This document shows positions 48,922-58,424 of a stretch of 58,424 nucleotides of DNA, piece after piece. The translations under genes were made by a program, and so were the position numbers. Positions within the stretch are counted from its first letter, which is position 1. Every line of letters starts with the position of its first letter. Under the pieces are notes generated by a model that was given only the letters and a program-made list of their open reading frames with translations, did no database searches and was not told where the DNA came from. The DNA is from Candidatus Nealsonbacteria bacterium (GTDB lineage Bacteria > Patescibacteriota > Minisyncoccia > Minisyncoccales > JAGMDC01), in the NCBI GenBank assembly GCA_030643485.1, contig DAOWLG010000038.1:1-58424 (forward strand), written 5' to 3'.

Positions 48922-50274
48922 ATGGTTTCAATAAATCAAATTATATCTTTATGTAAGCGGAGGGGGTTTATTTTTCCGTCATCGGAAATCTACGGCGGTT
49001 TTGGAAGCGGTTATGATTTTGGGCCGCTTGGCGTTGAAATGAAAAATAATATCAAGCGTGCCTGGTGTGACGAGATGACAAAAAAACAGAATTTACCAGT
49101 TGGCGAAATTGTTGGATTGGACGCCGGCATTTTAATGTCGCCAAAGATATGGCAGGCGTCAGGGCATCTTACAGCGGGATTTGCAGATGAACTTGTGGAA
49201 TGTAAAAAATGCCATAAGCGGTTTAAGATGGACGAATTAGATTCTTCGCCTACGGCTCAGAATGACAATGGGTTGAAATGTCCGGATTGCGACGGCGAAT
49301 TGACAAAACCGAAAAAATTTAATCTAATGATGAAAACATTTGTTGGTCCGGTGGAAGATGAAAGTTCCACCACATATTTAAGGCCTGAAACCTGTCAAGG
49401 AATTTATGTTAATTTTTTGAATGTTATGGAAACAATGCGGCTCAAAATTCCTTTTGGCATTGCACAAATAGGCAAAGCGTTCAGAAACGAGATAACTCCC
49501 AAAGATTTTATTTTTCGCACACGCGAATTTGAGCAAATGGAAATGCAATGGTTCTGCGAGCCATCAAAAGCCAATGAGTGGTTTGAGTATTGGAAAGAAC
49601 AGCGATTGAATTGGTACGCTGATTTAGGGCTTAAAAAAGAAAATATCAGGACTATTGAAGTGCCGAAGCAAGACAGAGCGCATTACGCTCAAAGGCAAAT
49701 AGATATTGAATACAAGTTTCCGTTTGGATGGAAAGAGATTGAAGGAATCCATAATCGCGGCGATTATGATTTGTCCAACCATAGCAAACATAGCGGCAAG
49801 GAATTAAATTATCTTGATGAGCAATCCGGCAAAAAATATATTCCTCATATTATTGAAACATCAGTGGGCGTGGAAAGAATTTTATTTGCTTTTTTATGCG
49901 ACGCTTATACCGAGATAAAAGGCGCGCGAACCAAAACTACCCAAGCGGTAAAAGAAACCGAAATGGTCTTAAAGTTAGATAAACAACTGGCGCCGATTAA
50001 AGCGGCAGTTCTACCATTGGTTAAAAATAAACCGGAATTAGTTAAAAAAGCAAAACAGATCTATCAATTATTAAAGCCGCGACTTGCCTGCCAATATGAC
50101 GAAACCGGCTCTATCGGCAGACGTTACCGCAGGCAGGACGAAATCGGTACAATTACGGCAATTACTATTGACTTTGATACTTTGAAAGATAACACGGTAA
50201 CAACCCGGGACCGCGACACAATGAAACAAAAACGAGTAAAAATTAACGACCTCAGGGAAGTGATTGGGGTCTAA
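48922..50274 (+). CDS. glyQS: Glycine--tRNA ligase (alpha2, eukaryote-type)
   Basis: KRRGF..PSSEIYGG, YLRPETCQG, FRNEITP, RTREFEQME, IGRRYRRQDE. Confidence 0.96.
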   Translation: MVSINQIISLCKRRGFIFPSSEIYGGFGSGYDFGPLGVEMKNNIKRAWCDEMTKKQNLPVGEIVGLDAGILMSPKIWQASGHLTAGFADELVECKKCHKRFKMDELDSSPTAQNDNGLKCPDCDGELTKPKKFNLMMKTFVGPVEDESSTTYLRPETCQGIYVNFLNVMETMRLKIPFGIAQIGKAFRNEITPKDFIFRTREFEQMEMQWFCEPSKANEWFEYWKEQRLNWYADLGLKKENIRTIEVPKQDRAHYAQRQIDIEYKFPFGWKEIEGIHNRGDYDLSNHSKHSGKELNYLDEQSGKKYIPHIIETSVGVERILFAFLCDAYTEIKGARTKTTQAVKETEMVLKLDKQLAPIKAAVLPLVKNKPELVKKAKQIYQLLKPRLACQYDETGSIGRRYRRQDEIGTITAITIDFDTLKDNTVTTRDRDTMKQKRVKINDLREVIGV

Positions 50275-50300
50275 CCCCAATCACTTCCCTGTATTTGCTT

Positions 50301-51803
50301 ATGAAAAAACTTTTAGCGCAACACTCTTTGCTTTTGGAAAAACTCCATCAAATCGCGCGAAAAAACGATTGTTATTTAATTGCGCGGATACAGGAACAAA
50401 AGACAAAATTTGTAAATGTTCTGGATGATAAAATTGAAATGGTGAGAAAAGACCGAATTAAAGGAATAGGAATGCGGGTTTTTACTAAAAGCGGACACAA
50501 TGCTTTTAGTTCAACAGACAATATCTATGATGAAAAAGAAATTATCAATCTTTTGAAACAAACCATTTCTGCGGCAAAAAGCGCGCAAAAATCAAAATTT
50601 GCCAAAAATCAAGAAATTTTTAAATTAAAAACAATTAAAGATTTTGTCGTCCCAAAAACAAAATACGCTTTTGAGGATATCAAATTAACAAAAATTAAAA
50701 AAATATTGGTTGATATAAATAAAAAAGCAAAAAAGATGCTGCCTGTGAAAGCAAATAGTTCATTTAATATAACAGAGGAAATATGGAGGATAACACGGTC
50801 TGATGGAACAGATATAAGTTTCAAAATCCCGCGCAGCGTTCTGTCCTGCATTTTAACTTACAAAGAAAATGCACAAACCATTCAAAGAAGCGCAGGGATT
50901 GGAGGTAAAAGCTATGAGATATTATTAGATAAAAATCTGTTAAAAAAATTAGAGAAAGGGATTAAGGCATTATCCATTGAAATGCCTAAATCAATTAAAG
51001 CGCCTGTGTATAAATCCGGAAGTTATGATTTATTATTGGATGTAGATTTAGCAGGCGTCCTAGTCCACGAAGCATTTGGCCATTGTGCTGAATCCGACTA
51101 TGCTTACATGAGTTCTATTTTAAGTAAAAATAAAAAATTACTAAAAGGCAAAAAAGTAGCTAGTTCTGTGGTCTCTATTTATGATTTTGCTAACGAAAAT
51201 GAACGGGGCTTTTATCCTTATGATTCCCAAGGTGTAAAAAGAAAGAAAATAACCATTGTGTCTCAAGGAATTTTGAAACAATCTATTTCTGATATTTATA
51301 CTGCCAAAAAAATTGGAGCGCCTCTTACCGGCGGCTCAAAAGCGCAATTTTATAGTTCTATCCCCGTGCCGCGAATGAGTAATACGATTTTAGAAGTGGA
51401 AAATGTGATAAATGACAAATTATTTTTTAAAGATTCAGTTGATATTTCCGCGCAGGACCTCCAAAAATTTTTAGTTGAATTCGGTTTTTTCAAAAAAAGA
51501 AAAAAAATAATTTATTTGCAGGGAGATAGAGGAGGGCAAGTTAGCATTCTCAAAGGAACATTTATGCTCGGCGCGAATAATCTTTATGAAATAACTCGGA
51601 ATTCGGTTAAGCTATTTAAACCATGTCCATTTAGCGGAACAACTTTAGATGCGTTAAAATCTATAAAATTTGCTTTAGGGAAAGTAACTACTGGAAGAAT
51701 TGGCACTTGCGGTAAGGCAGAACAGCTTGCCCCAGTTTCTAACAGCGCAAATAAATTTGTTTTCATTGCCGCAAATAAAAATGTCAAAATCGGCGGCAAT
51801 TAA
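50301..51803 (+). CDS. tldD: TldD-family metalloprotease
   Basis: HEAFGH..E.D, YD.QG, PRMSNT, CGK..Q. Confidence 0.88.
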   Translation: MKKLLAQHSLLLEKLHQIARKNDCYLIARIQEQKTKFVNVLDDKIEMVRKDRIKGIGMRVFTKSGHNAFSSTDNIYDEKEIINLLKQTISAAKSAQKSKFAKNQEIFKLKTIKDFVVPKTKYAFEDIKLTKIKKILVDINKKAKKMLPVKANSSFNITEEIWRITRSDGTDISFKIPRSVLSCILTYKENAQTIQRSAGIGGKSYEILLDKNLLKKLEKGIKALSIEMPKSIKAPVYKSGSYDLLLDVDLAGVLVHEAFGHCAESDYAYMSSILSKNKKLLKGKKVASSVVSIYDFANENERGFYPYDSQGVKRKKITIVSQGILKQSISDIYTAKKIGAPLTGGSKAQFYSSIPVPRMSNTILEVENVINDKLFFKDSVDISAQDLQKFLVEFGFFKKRKKIIYLQGDRGGQVSILKGTFMLGANNLYEITRNSVKLFKPCPFSGTTLDALKSIKFALGKVTTGRIGTCGKAEQLAPVSNSANKFVFIAANKNVKIGGN

Positions 51804-51806
51804 ATT

Positions 51807-53126
51807 ATGTTTGCTCAAAAATTTCATAAAAAATTTGAAAACGCGAAAAAGAAAAAGATAATTTCAAATTATCGGATTTCTATTTCGCAAACAAAGAATT
51901 ATAGAATAGGAATTATCAACGAAGAAATAGCAGGAGTGTATAATCCTATTACTCTTTCTTCGGAAATTTCCGGCGATTGCCTTGTTGAATGGAAAAATAA
52001 ATTGATTAGCGCGGCAAACTTAAATAATGAGACCCTGCGCCATTTTGAAAAATTCTTACAAGACCTGAAATCTTTACAATATAAAGATACGGCTATGGCA
52101 AATTTTTTTCCTCCTCAAACATATCCTGATGTCAAATTATATGATGAAAAAGTGGTTGATATTATTGAAGGCAAAGAAAAAATTCTATTAGATCTTGTAT
52201 TAAAATTAAAAAAATGGCAAAATAAAGTAAAGACAAAAGTAAAAGAAATCGGCGCTTTTGCTATGTGCGCGGAAAATGCGATTTTTACATCCAAGGGATT
52301 GTCTGAATCAGAAAAATCAACAGTTTGTGGTTATTATTCTTCTTATGAAGAAAAAATTACTTTGGAAGATAATTTGAGAAAAATTCCCGAGCAAGAGATA
52401 ATCAATAAAAAAAGAATATTTATTGAACAATTTTATTCTCGTCTGGCAAAAAACCGTAAAATAAAGCCAAAAGATAAAAAAATGTCGGTTCTCCTGATGC
52501 CCTGGGTTTCCGAAGACATATTTTCCCATTTTATCATAAGTAATTTAGACGGTTCCGCGGTTCACAATAAACAAAGTTGTTTTTCTTCAACTGATTTCAA
52601 AAACAAAAAACAAATTTTAAGAAAGGATTTAAGTTTGAAATGCGACCCTACTATTGATTTTAACATCGGTTCTTACAAATTTTCAGGAGAAGGAGTTGCT
52701 AGTCAGATGACTGATTTTATAAAAAATGGCAGATTAGAAACACCAATTTTAGACCTAAAATACGCTAAACTGCTAAAAAGCAAGCCAACCGCGATTTTTA
52801 GCAGCCAATCCACACCTATATTAACGCCAAAACACGCTTTGCTAAAAATCACTTTTCAGGAATGCCTTAATATAATGGAACAAGGAATTATCGTTTTTAA
52901 CATTTTGGGATTACATACTCAAAGTTCTGTTAGCGGTGATTACTCCCTGCCTTGTCCGCAGGCATTATATGTAAAAAATAGCAAGATTTTAGGCAGCACA
53001 AGAGCGATAATTACCGGCAATCTCTTTGATGACATAAACCAGACAAATTTTCAGTTAATAGATTTTGCCACGGAAAAATTCCCAGGGTTTTTAATAAAAA
53101 CAAATGTAAGTTTTGAATCGATCTAA
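51807..53126 (+). CDS. PmbA/TldE-family protein
   Basis: Follows tldD; F..EG…I.NG.L, GLHT….SGDYS. Confidence 0.78.
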   Translation: MFAQKFHKKFENAKKKKIISNYRISISQTKNYRIGIINEEIAGVYNPITLSSEISGDCLVEWKNKLISAANLNNETLRHFEKFLQDLKSLQYKDTAMANFFPPQTYPDVKLYDEKVVDIIEGKEKILLDLVLKLKKWQNKVKTKVKEIGAFAMCAENAIFTSKGLSESEKSTVCGYYSSYEEKITLEDNLRKIPEQEIINKKRIFIEQFYSRLAKNRKIKPKDKKMSVLLMPWVSEDIFSHFIISNLDGSAVHNKQSCFSSTDFKNKKQILRKDLSLKCDPTIDFNIGSYKFSGEGVASQMTDFIKNGRLETPILDLKYAKLLKSKPTAIFSSQSTPILTPKHALLKITFQECLNIMEQGIIVFNILGLHTQSSVSGDYSLPCPQALYVKNSKILGSTRAIITGNLFDDINQTNFQLIDFATEKFPGFLIKTNVSFESI

Positions 53127-53131
53127 AAATT

Positions 53132-54175
53132 ATGAACAATGAAAAAATTTTAGATATTTCTTGGGCAACAATCTTGAAAATTGTTGTTGCCGCATTTGGT
53201 ATTTATTTTCTATATATGATTAGCGACTTTTTGGTCTGGCTTGCTTTTGCTTTTGTTATATCTATTCTGTTTGAGCCCGCGATTGAATGGTTAGGAAGAA
53301 GGAAAATACCTCGGCTTTTGTCTGTAATTTTTATTTATGTTTTAATTTTCAGTGCGTTCAGCACTGCCCTTTATTTGTCTCTGCCGTATCTTATTTCGGA
53401 AATTCAGTATTTTTCTGAAATTTTTCCGCAGCAATTTCCGGAATTTTTTGGAAAAATTTCTCCTTTTTTTGAAAAACTCGGCTTTGAAGCGTTTAATAGT
53501 TTAGACGCGCTTTTGGGAAAATTCCAGATAGATTTAGAAAAAATGACCGGCAATATCTTTAGCTCCTTTTTTGTTATTTTTGGCGGAATTTTTAGCACGC
53601 TTTTTACTATCACTATTTCTATTTTTCTTTCCATAGAAAGAAAATCTGTTGAAAAGGGCTTAACCCTTCTCTTTCCAAAAAAATATGAAGAATACTTGTT
53701 GTCAGCGTGGATAAGGTCGCAAAAAAAAGTTATTGGCTGGTTTTTACTGCGAATTATCGGAATGATATTCGTGGGAATAAGTTCTTATATCGCGCTTTTA
53801 CTTTTAGACGTAGAATACCCAATTTCTTTGGGTGTGATTGCCGGTGTTTTTGATTTCCTTCCCATTATTGGACCATTTTTCGCCGCGATTATCGCTTTTA
53901 TAGTTGTAGCAATGGATGATATGCTTAAAGCGGTCTTTTTAGTAATTGCGTTTGGATTAATTCAGGCGATTGAAAACGCTATTCTCTTGCCAGCACTTTC
54001 TAGAAAAATGATACAGGTCTCCCCTATTGTTGTTTTACTTGCCCTGTTTATCGGCGGAAAATTTTGGGGCGTTTTAGGCGCAATTATGGCAGTACCATTA
54101 GCCGCAATCTTGCTGGATTTCCTAAAGGACTTTTTAGAAAAACGAAAAAATGAAGGAGATGATGAAAATCCGTAA
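53132..54175 (+). CDS. AI-2E family transporter
   Basis: Multiple TM segments; LPIIGP, Q.IEN.IL.P, G.LGA..AVP. Confidence 0.9.
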   Translation: MNNEKILDISWATILKIVVAAFGIYFLYMISDFLVWLAFAFVISILFEPAIEWLGRRKIPRLLSVIFIYVLIFSAFSTALYLSLPYLISEIQYFSEIFPQQFPEFFGKISPFFEKLGFEAFNSLDALLGKFQIDLEKMTGNIFSSFFVIFGGIFSTLFTITISIFLSIERKSVEKGLTLLFPKKYEEYLLSAWIRSQKKVIGWFLLRIIGMIFVGISSYIALLLLDVEYPISLGVIAGVFDFLPIIGPFFAAIIAFIVVAMDDMLKAVFLVIAFGLIQAIENAILLPALSRKMIQVSPIVVLLALFIGGKFWGVLGAIMAVPLAAILLDFLKDFLEKRKNEGDDENP

Positions 54176-54178
54176 AAC

Positions 54179-55723
54179 ATGAAAAAATTTTATATTACTA
54201 CAACTCTGCCCTATGTCAATGCTATTCCGCATATTGGTTTTGCATTAGAAATTATTCAGGCAGATGTGATAGCTCGTTATCGCCGTGAAAAAGGCGATGA
54301 TGTATTTTTTAATACTGGCACTGACGAACACGGCTTAAAAATTTATCGCCAAGCCCTGAAAGAAAAAAAAGACCCGCAAAAGTATTGTAATGAATATGCG
54401 GCTAAATTTGATAATTTGAAAAAGGCATTAAATTTAAGTTATGATAATTTTATTCGCACAACTGATAAAAATCATATCAAAGCAGCGCAGGAATTTTGGC
54501 AAAGGTGCGAGGCAAATAAAGACATCTATAAAAAAAAATATAAAATAAAGTATTGCGTAGGTTGTGAATTAGAAAAAACAGAATCAGAATTACAAAACGG
54601 GAAATGTCCTTTGCATCCGAATTTAGATTTAGAAATCATTGAAGAAGAAAATTATTTTTTTCGTTATTCAAAATATCAAGACAAACTTCTGAAACTGTAT
54701 GAAAAAAATCCAGATTTTGTTTTACCAATTTCCCGACTGAATGAAATTAAAAAATTTACTAAACGCGGCTTAAAAGATTTTAGTATTTCTCGATTATCAG
54801 AAAAAATGCCTTGGGGCGTGCCAGTGCCGAACGATGAAAATCATGTAATGTATTGTTGGTTTGACGCTTTAATCAATTACATTTCTTGTCTTGGCTGGCC
54901 AAAAAATTTAGAAAAATTTGAGCAATATTGGCCGGGAATTCAATCGGCTGGCAAAGATAATTTGCGCCAGCAATCATCAATGTGGCAGGCAATGCTAATG
55001 TCAGCTGGATTGCCAAATTCAAAACAGATTTTAATTCACGGCTTTATTACTTCTAATGGTAAAAAAATGTCAAAGTCATTAGGAAATGTAGTGAACCCGT
55101 TTGAACTGGTTGAAAAATACGGCGCTGACGCAGTTCGTTATTTTCTTTTGCGGGAAATTCCTCCATTTGAAGACGGCGACTACACGCAAGAAAAATTTGA
55201 GCAACGATACAATTCTGATTTGGCAAAAGGGCTTGGAAACCTCACCGCAAGAGTGATAACTCTTGCTAAAATCATCAATAATCAATCATCAGTTATTAGT
55301 AATCAATTATCAGTAATCAATAAAGTTCCAGATTCCAATTTTCAAAAAGAGATAAAGAAAACTTGGAAAAATTATGAAAAATCTTTGGGCAAATTCAAAT
55401 TCAACGAATCGTTAGAGGAAATCTGGAAACTAATCAGTTTTTGCGACCGGTATATTGAAAAAGAACGGCCATGGGAAAAAGCGACAGCGGTGAAAAATAA
55501 TCAATCATTAGTTATCAGTGATTTATTATTAACATTGGCAAGCATAGCTGAAATGTTAAGACCGTTTATGCCGAAAACATCGGAAAAAATTTTCCAACAA
55601 TTAGGGATAAAACCATTAAAAATTTCACCCTTAACCCCACCCTTAACTTCACCCTTAACTCTATCCTTTCAATCTTTGAAATTTAAGGTCAAGAAAAGCA
55701 AACCGCTTTTCCCCAGAATTTAA
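54179..55723 (+). CDS. metG: Methionine--tRNA ligase (short form)
   Basis: [27 protein letters not shown]. Confidence 0.96.
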   Translation: MKKFYITTTLPYVNAIPHIGFALEIIQADVIARYRREKGDDVFFNTGTDEHGLKIYRQALKEKKDPQKYCNEYAAKFDNLKKALNLSYDNFIRTTDKNHIKAAQEFWQRCEANKDIYKKKYKIKYCVGCELEKTESELQNGKCPLHPNLDLEIIEEENYFFRYSKYQDKLLKLYEKNPDFVLPISRLNEIKKFTKRGLKDFSISRLSEKMPWGVPVPNDENHVMYCWFDALINYISCLGWPKNLEKFEQYWPGIQSAGKDNLRQQSSMWQAMLMSAGLPNSKQILIHGFITSNGKKMSKSLGNVVNPFELVEKYGADAVRYFLLREIPPFEDGDYTQEKFEQRYNSDLAKGLGNLTARVITLAKIINNQSSVISNQLSVINKVPDSNFQKEIKKTWKNYEKSLGKFKFNESLEEIWKLISFCDRYIEKERPWEKATAVKNNQSLVISDLLLTLASIAEMLRPFMPKTSEKIFQQLGIKPLKISPLTPPLTSPLTLSFQSLKFKVKKSKPLFPRI

Positions 55724-55785
55724 TGAATTACAATATAAAGAAGTCGGACTTCCCGCTGGAAGTCCGACTTCTAAAAATTTAGATT

Positions 55786-56607
55786 ATGTTATTTGACACT
55801 CACGCGCATCTTAATTTTGCCGCTTTTAGTAAAAACAGAGACAAAATCATAAAAAATTGCCAGAAAAATAATGTCTGGTTAATAAATGTTGGCATAAATT
55901 ATGAGACATCAAGAAAAGCAGTAGAGATTGCGGAAGAAAGTTCTCAAGGCATATACGCCGCAATCGGACTTCACCCACAAGAAATTTTAGAAGAAAGGTT
56001 TGACTTTGAAAAATATAAGAACCTTGCCATAAGTTCTAAAAAAGTTAAGGCAATCGGCGAGATTGGCTTGGATTATTGGCACAAACCAAAAACCAAAAGC
56101 AAATTAGCCGAGTTTAAGCAGAAACAAAAAGAATTGCTTTTGCAAGAAATCAAATTAGCCCATGAATTAAATCTGCCCATAATCTTCCACTGCCGAATGG
56201 CGCACGACGACCTTATTGAGCTTTTGACGAGACCCGTTCTCGTCCGCGCGCGGACGAGAACGGGTCTCGTCCCGCTCACCCTTAATGGCGTTATCCATTG
56301 TTTCACCGGAACCTGGCAGCAAGCGCAGAAATTTTTGGCTCTGGGATTTTATTTAGGATTTAATGGAATTATTTTCAAAAAAATTAAGGGAATTTCATTT
56401 AATGAAGTCATTAAAAAAACTCCATTGTCTCGGATTTTAATAGAAACCGACTGCCCGTTCCTTACCCCGCCGCAAGAAGGCGATAAAAGAAACGAGCCAA
56501 TTTTTGTAAAACACATTGTTCAAAAAATTGCTGAAATCAAAAATATCTCTTTTGAAAAAATAGCAAAAGTCACGACTCAAAACGCCAAAAAACTATTCCA
56601 CATCTAA
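55786..56607 (+). CDS. tatD: TatD-family nuclease
   Basis: DTHAHL, GLHP, IGEIGLDY, HCR, HCF, ETDCPFL. Confidence 0.95.
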   Translation: MLFDTHAHLNFAAFSKNRDKIIKNCQKNNVWLINVGINYETSRKAVEIAEESSQGIYAAIGLHPQEILEERFDFEKYKNLAISSKKVKAIGEIGLDYWHKPKTKSKLAEFKQKQKELLLQEIKLAHELNLPIIFHCRMAHDDLIELLTRPVLVRARTRTGLVPLTLNGVIHCFTGTWQQAQKFLALGFYLGFNGIIFKKIKGISFNEVIKKTPLSRILIETDCPFLTPPQEGDKRNEPIFVKHIVQKIAEIKNISFEKIAKVTTQNAKKLFHI

Positions 56608-56763
56608 ATATTCATATTAAAACAAGACATTCTCGAGCAACGGTCGTTGCTTTAGAATGTTACCTTTTAATTTCTTGCGAATGGCGATGTCGGACATCGC
56701 CATTTATTATTATTCAAGACCCGTTCTCGTCCGAGCACGGACGAGAACGGGTCTCGTCCGGCT

Positions 56764-57594
56764 TTATTTCAACGCGATGCCGTGACGGACGGCGCCTTCG
56801 GCATAGTGCTTTTGGATTTCCGCGGTGCTCAACGCTGTGTCATAAATCCTGACCTCGTCGATTGTGCCGTTGAAGTAATATGCGCCCAATCTTCCTATAT
56901 TAGTATCTAAGCCTGTACTACCCATTCCATCAAAAGCTGAATTTGTATTCGTTCCTACTAATTCACCATTCACATAACCTTTTGCTGTCCAATCACCCGT
57001 ATATTTTCTATAAACCCCAACAATATGTATCCAGTTGTTATTCCATTCGCTTTGCCATGCGTAAACAAGTGATGCAATATCTGTTCCATCATTAGCATAA
57101 AACAAAAGATTTCCATCCTGAGCAGGAGCATAGATTAACCAGCCAAAATTTCTACTGGCTATTGGATTTCTCTTCGCTTGGTCAGTAGTTTTCACCCACG
57201 CCTCAATCGTAATCGCATCAGTGATATTCAAACTCGGTGAATCGGGAATTTCAACATAATCATTATCACCATCAAATACTAACGTATTTCCATAAATTCC
57301 ATCAGTAGTCCAGCCAGAACTAGGAATAGGAGGGGCGCTAAAATTCTTTAATTCTCCATCATTCCCAAATCCGGATTCATCAAAAGCCGTAATTCCTGAA
57401 CCTTTTTCAAATCTCCATATCCCAACTGCTTCAGAACCCAATGCGTGCTGAACACTGGAACTAAATTGTTTAGCTTTTGCCATTCTTGCTTTTTCTCCAT
57501 ATCCTTTCATTGAAACCAAAACAATACTGGATATTAATCCAATGATGGAGATAACTACAAGAAGCTCAATAAGGGTGAATGATTTATTTTTCAT
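56764..57594 (-). CDS. Type IV pilin-like protein with LamG/ConA-like lectin domain
   Basis: KS|FTLIELL; W.FE.GSG.TA.D.SG.GN.G, FDG.NDYV, FNG.IDEVRIY..ALS..EI. Confidence 0.88.
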   Translation of the reverse strand: MKNKSFTLIELLVVISIIGLISSIVLVSMKGYGEKARMAKAKQFSSSVQHALGSEAVGIWRFEKGSGITAFDESGFGNDGELKNFSAPPIPSSGWTTDGIYGNTLVFDGDNDYVEIPDSPSLNITDAITIEAWVKTTDQAKRNPIASRNFGWLIYAPAQDGNLLFYANDGTDIASLVYAWQSEWNNNWIHIVGVYRKYTGDWTAKGYVNGELVGTNTNSAFDGMGSTGLDTNIGRLGAYYFNGTIDEVRIYDTALSTAEIQKHYAEGAVRHGIALK

Positions 57595-57656
57595 TATTCT
57601 ATTATACACCTATTGCGAAAAAACACAAAAATATTCTCATTCCTAATTCACAATTC

Positions 57657-57690
57657 CCTATTGTCTTATTCGTGCGAATAAGACAATAGG
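57657..57690. repeat. 34-bp palindrome upstream of ArsR gene
   Basis: CCTATTGTCTTATTCG-TG-CGAATAAGACAATAGG. Confidence 0.85.
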
Positions 57691-57776
57691 AAAGATAGGT
57701 GTTTTATTATTTTTTTGAACAATTTCTAAAATGTGCTATAATGAAAATGTTGTTGAGCGCAAAAATGAAAATTATT

Positions 57777-58070
57777 ATGACCACATCTTTATCATCTTTT
57801 AATTCAAGAGAGTTAGCTATGATTTACAAATCATTAGGAAATATCCGTCGAATTTTAATATTGATATATCTTTTAAAGCAGAAAGAATTAACAGTTGGTC
57901 AAATTAGTGAACTTTTAAAGCTTTCTTTCAAAAGTGTTTCTAAACATCTTTTAATTTTAGAAAATGCTGAAATAATTAAGAAAAGACAAATTGGTTTGAA
58001 TATGCTTTATTCAATTAATAAAAATTTTCCAAGATCTATTTTGTTCTTTTTGAAAAAATTGTCATATTGA
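57777..58070 (+). CDS. ArsR/SmtB-family regulator
   Basis: YK.LG…R..IL..L….L.VG.I…L.LS…VSKHL..L; start uncertain. Confidence 0.85.
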   Translation: MTTSLSSFNSRELAMIYKSLGNIRRILILIYLLKQKELTVGQISELLKLSFKSVSKHLLILENAEIIKKRQIGLNMLYSINKNFPRSILFFLKKLSY

Positions 58071-58098
58071 AAAAATTATCATAAAAAAATTTCAAAGA

Positions 58099-58140
58099 AT
58101 TTCCTATTGTCTTATTCGCACGAATAAGACAATAGGAAAT
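58099..58140. repeat. Second copy of the palindrome, downstream of ArsR gene
   Basis: Same arms with loop CA (inverted copy). Confidence 0.85.
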
Positions 58141-58319
58141 GTGAATGTCTGGAATCTACATTTTTGCACGATCCCTCCCCTGTGTGCAGGGGCGAGGTTT
58201 TCGGTCGTTTCGCTCCCTCAAAGTTATCCACAGTTGCGTTTCTTGATAAAGTGGTATAATAGAAAAATCGTATTATAGTTTTTTTAAGGCGCAAATAAGA
58301 GGAGATAAAAAACGGAAAA

Positions 58320-58424
58320 ATGGGCGAAGAAGCGAAAAGTAAAAAATTGCGTACAGCCAATGATTTGATAAATGAAGCAGTGGAAGAACAAAAAGAGAGA
58401 GAAAAAATTGATTTGAATACTTAC
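58320..58424 (+). CDS. Partial ORF running off the window
   Basis: ATG at 58320, downstream of a DnaA box and TATAAT (58224-58260); open to the end. Confidence 0.45.
   Translation, partial: MGEEAKSKKLRTANDLINEAVEEQKEREKIDLNTY

Overview
AT-rich, genetic-code-11 bacterial chromosome segment. Gene content (short housekeeping genes, eukaryote-type GlyRS, many type IV pilins, VirB4/PrgI/VirB2-like cluster, few Shine-Dalgarno sites) suggests Patescibacteria/CPR, probably Parcubacteria (inference). It holds the replication-origin region (dnaA-dnaN), five tRNAs, a SAM-I riboswitch, a type II-like RM pair, a repeat-bounded type III RM island behind tRNA-Ala, a type IV pilin cluster with prepilin peptidase and a T4SS-like surface-protein cluster. 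Top finding: ribosomal protein L34 (rpmH) has no stop codon and is fused in frame to a type IV pilin exactly in the leader-peptide position (…[11 protein letters not shown]…), so prepilin peptidase could release L34. Gene order suggests an ~8.5 kb origin-containing inversion created the fusion. Second theme: several families of palindromic and heptamer mini-elements, many inserted in frame into housekeeping genes, plus a GIY-YIG nuclease gene enclosed by the inverted arms of one family. All calls come from reading the sequence; no searches were run.
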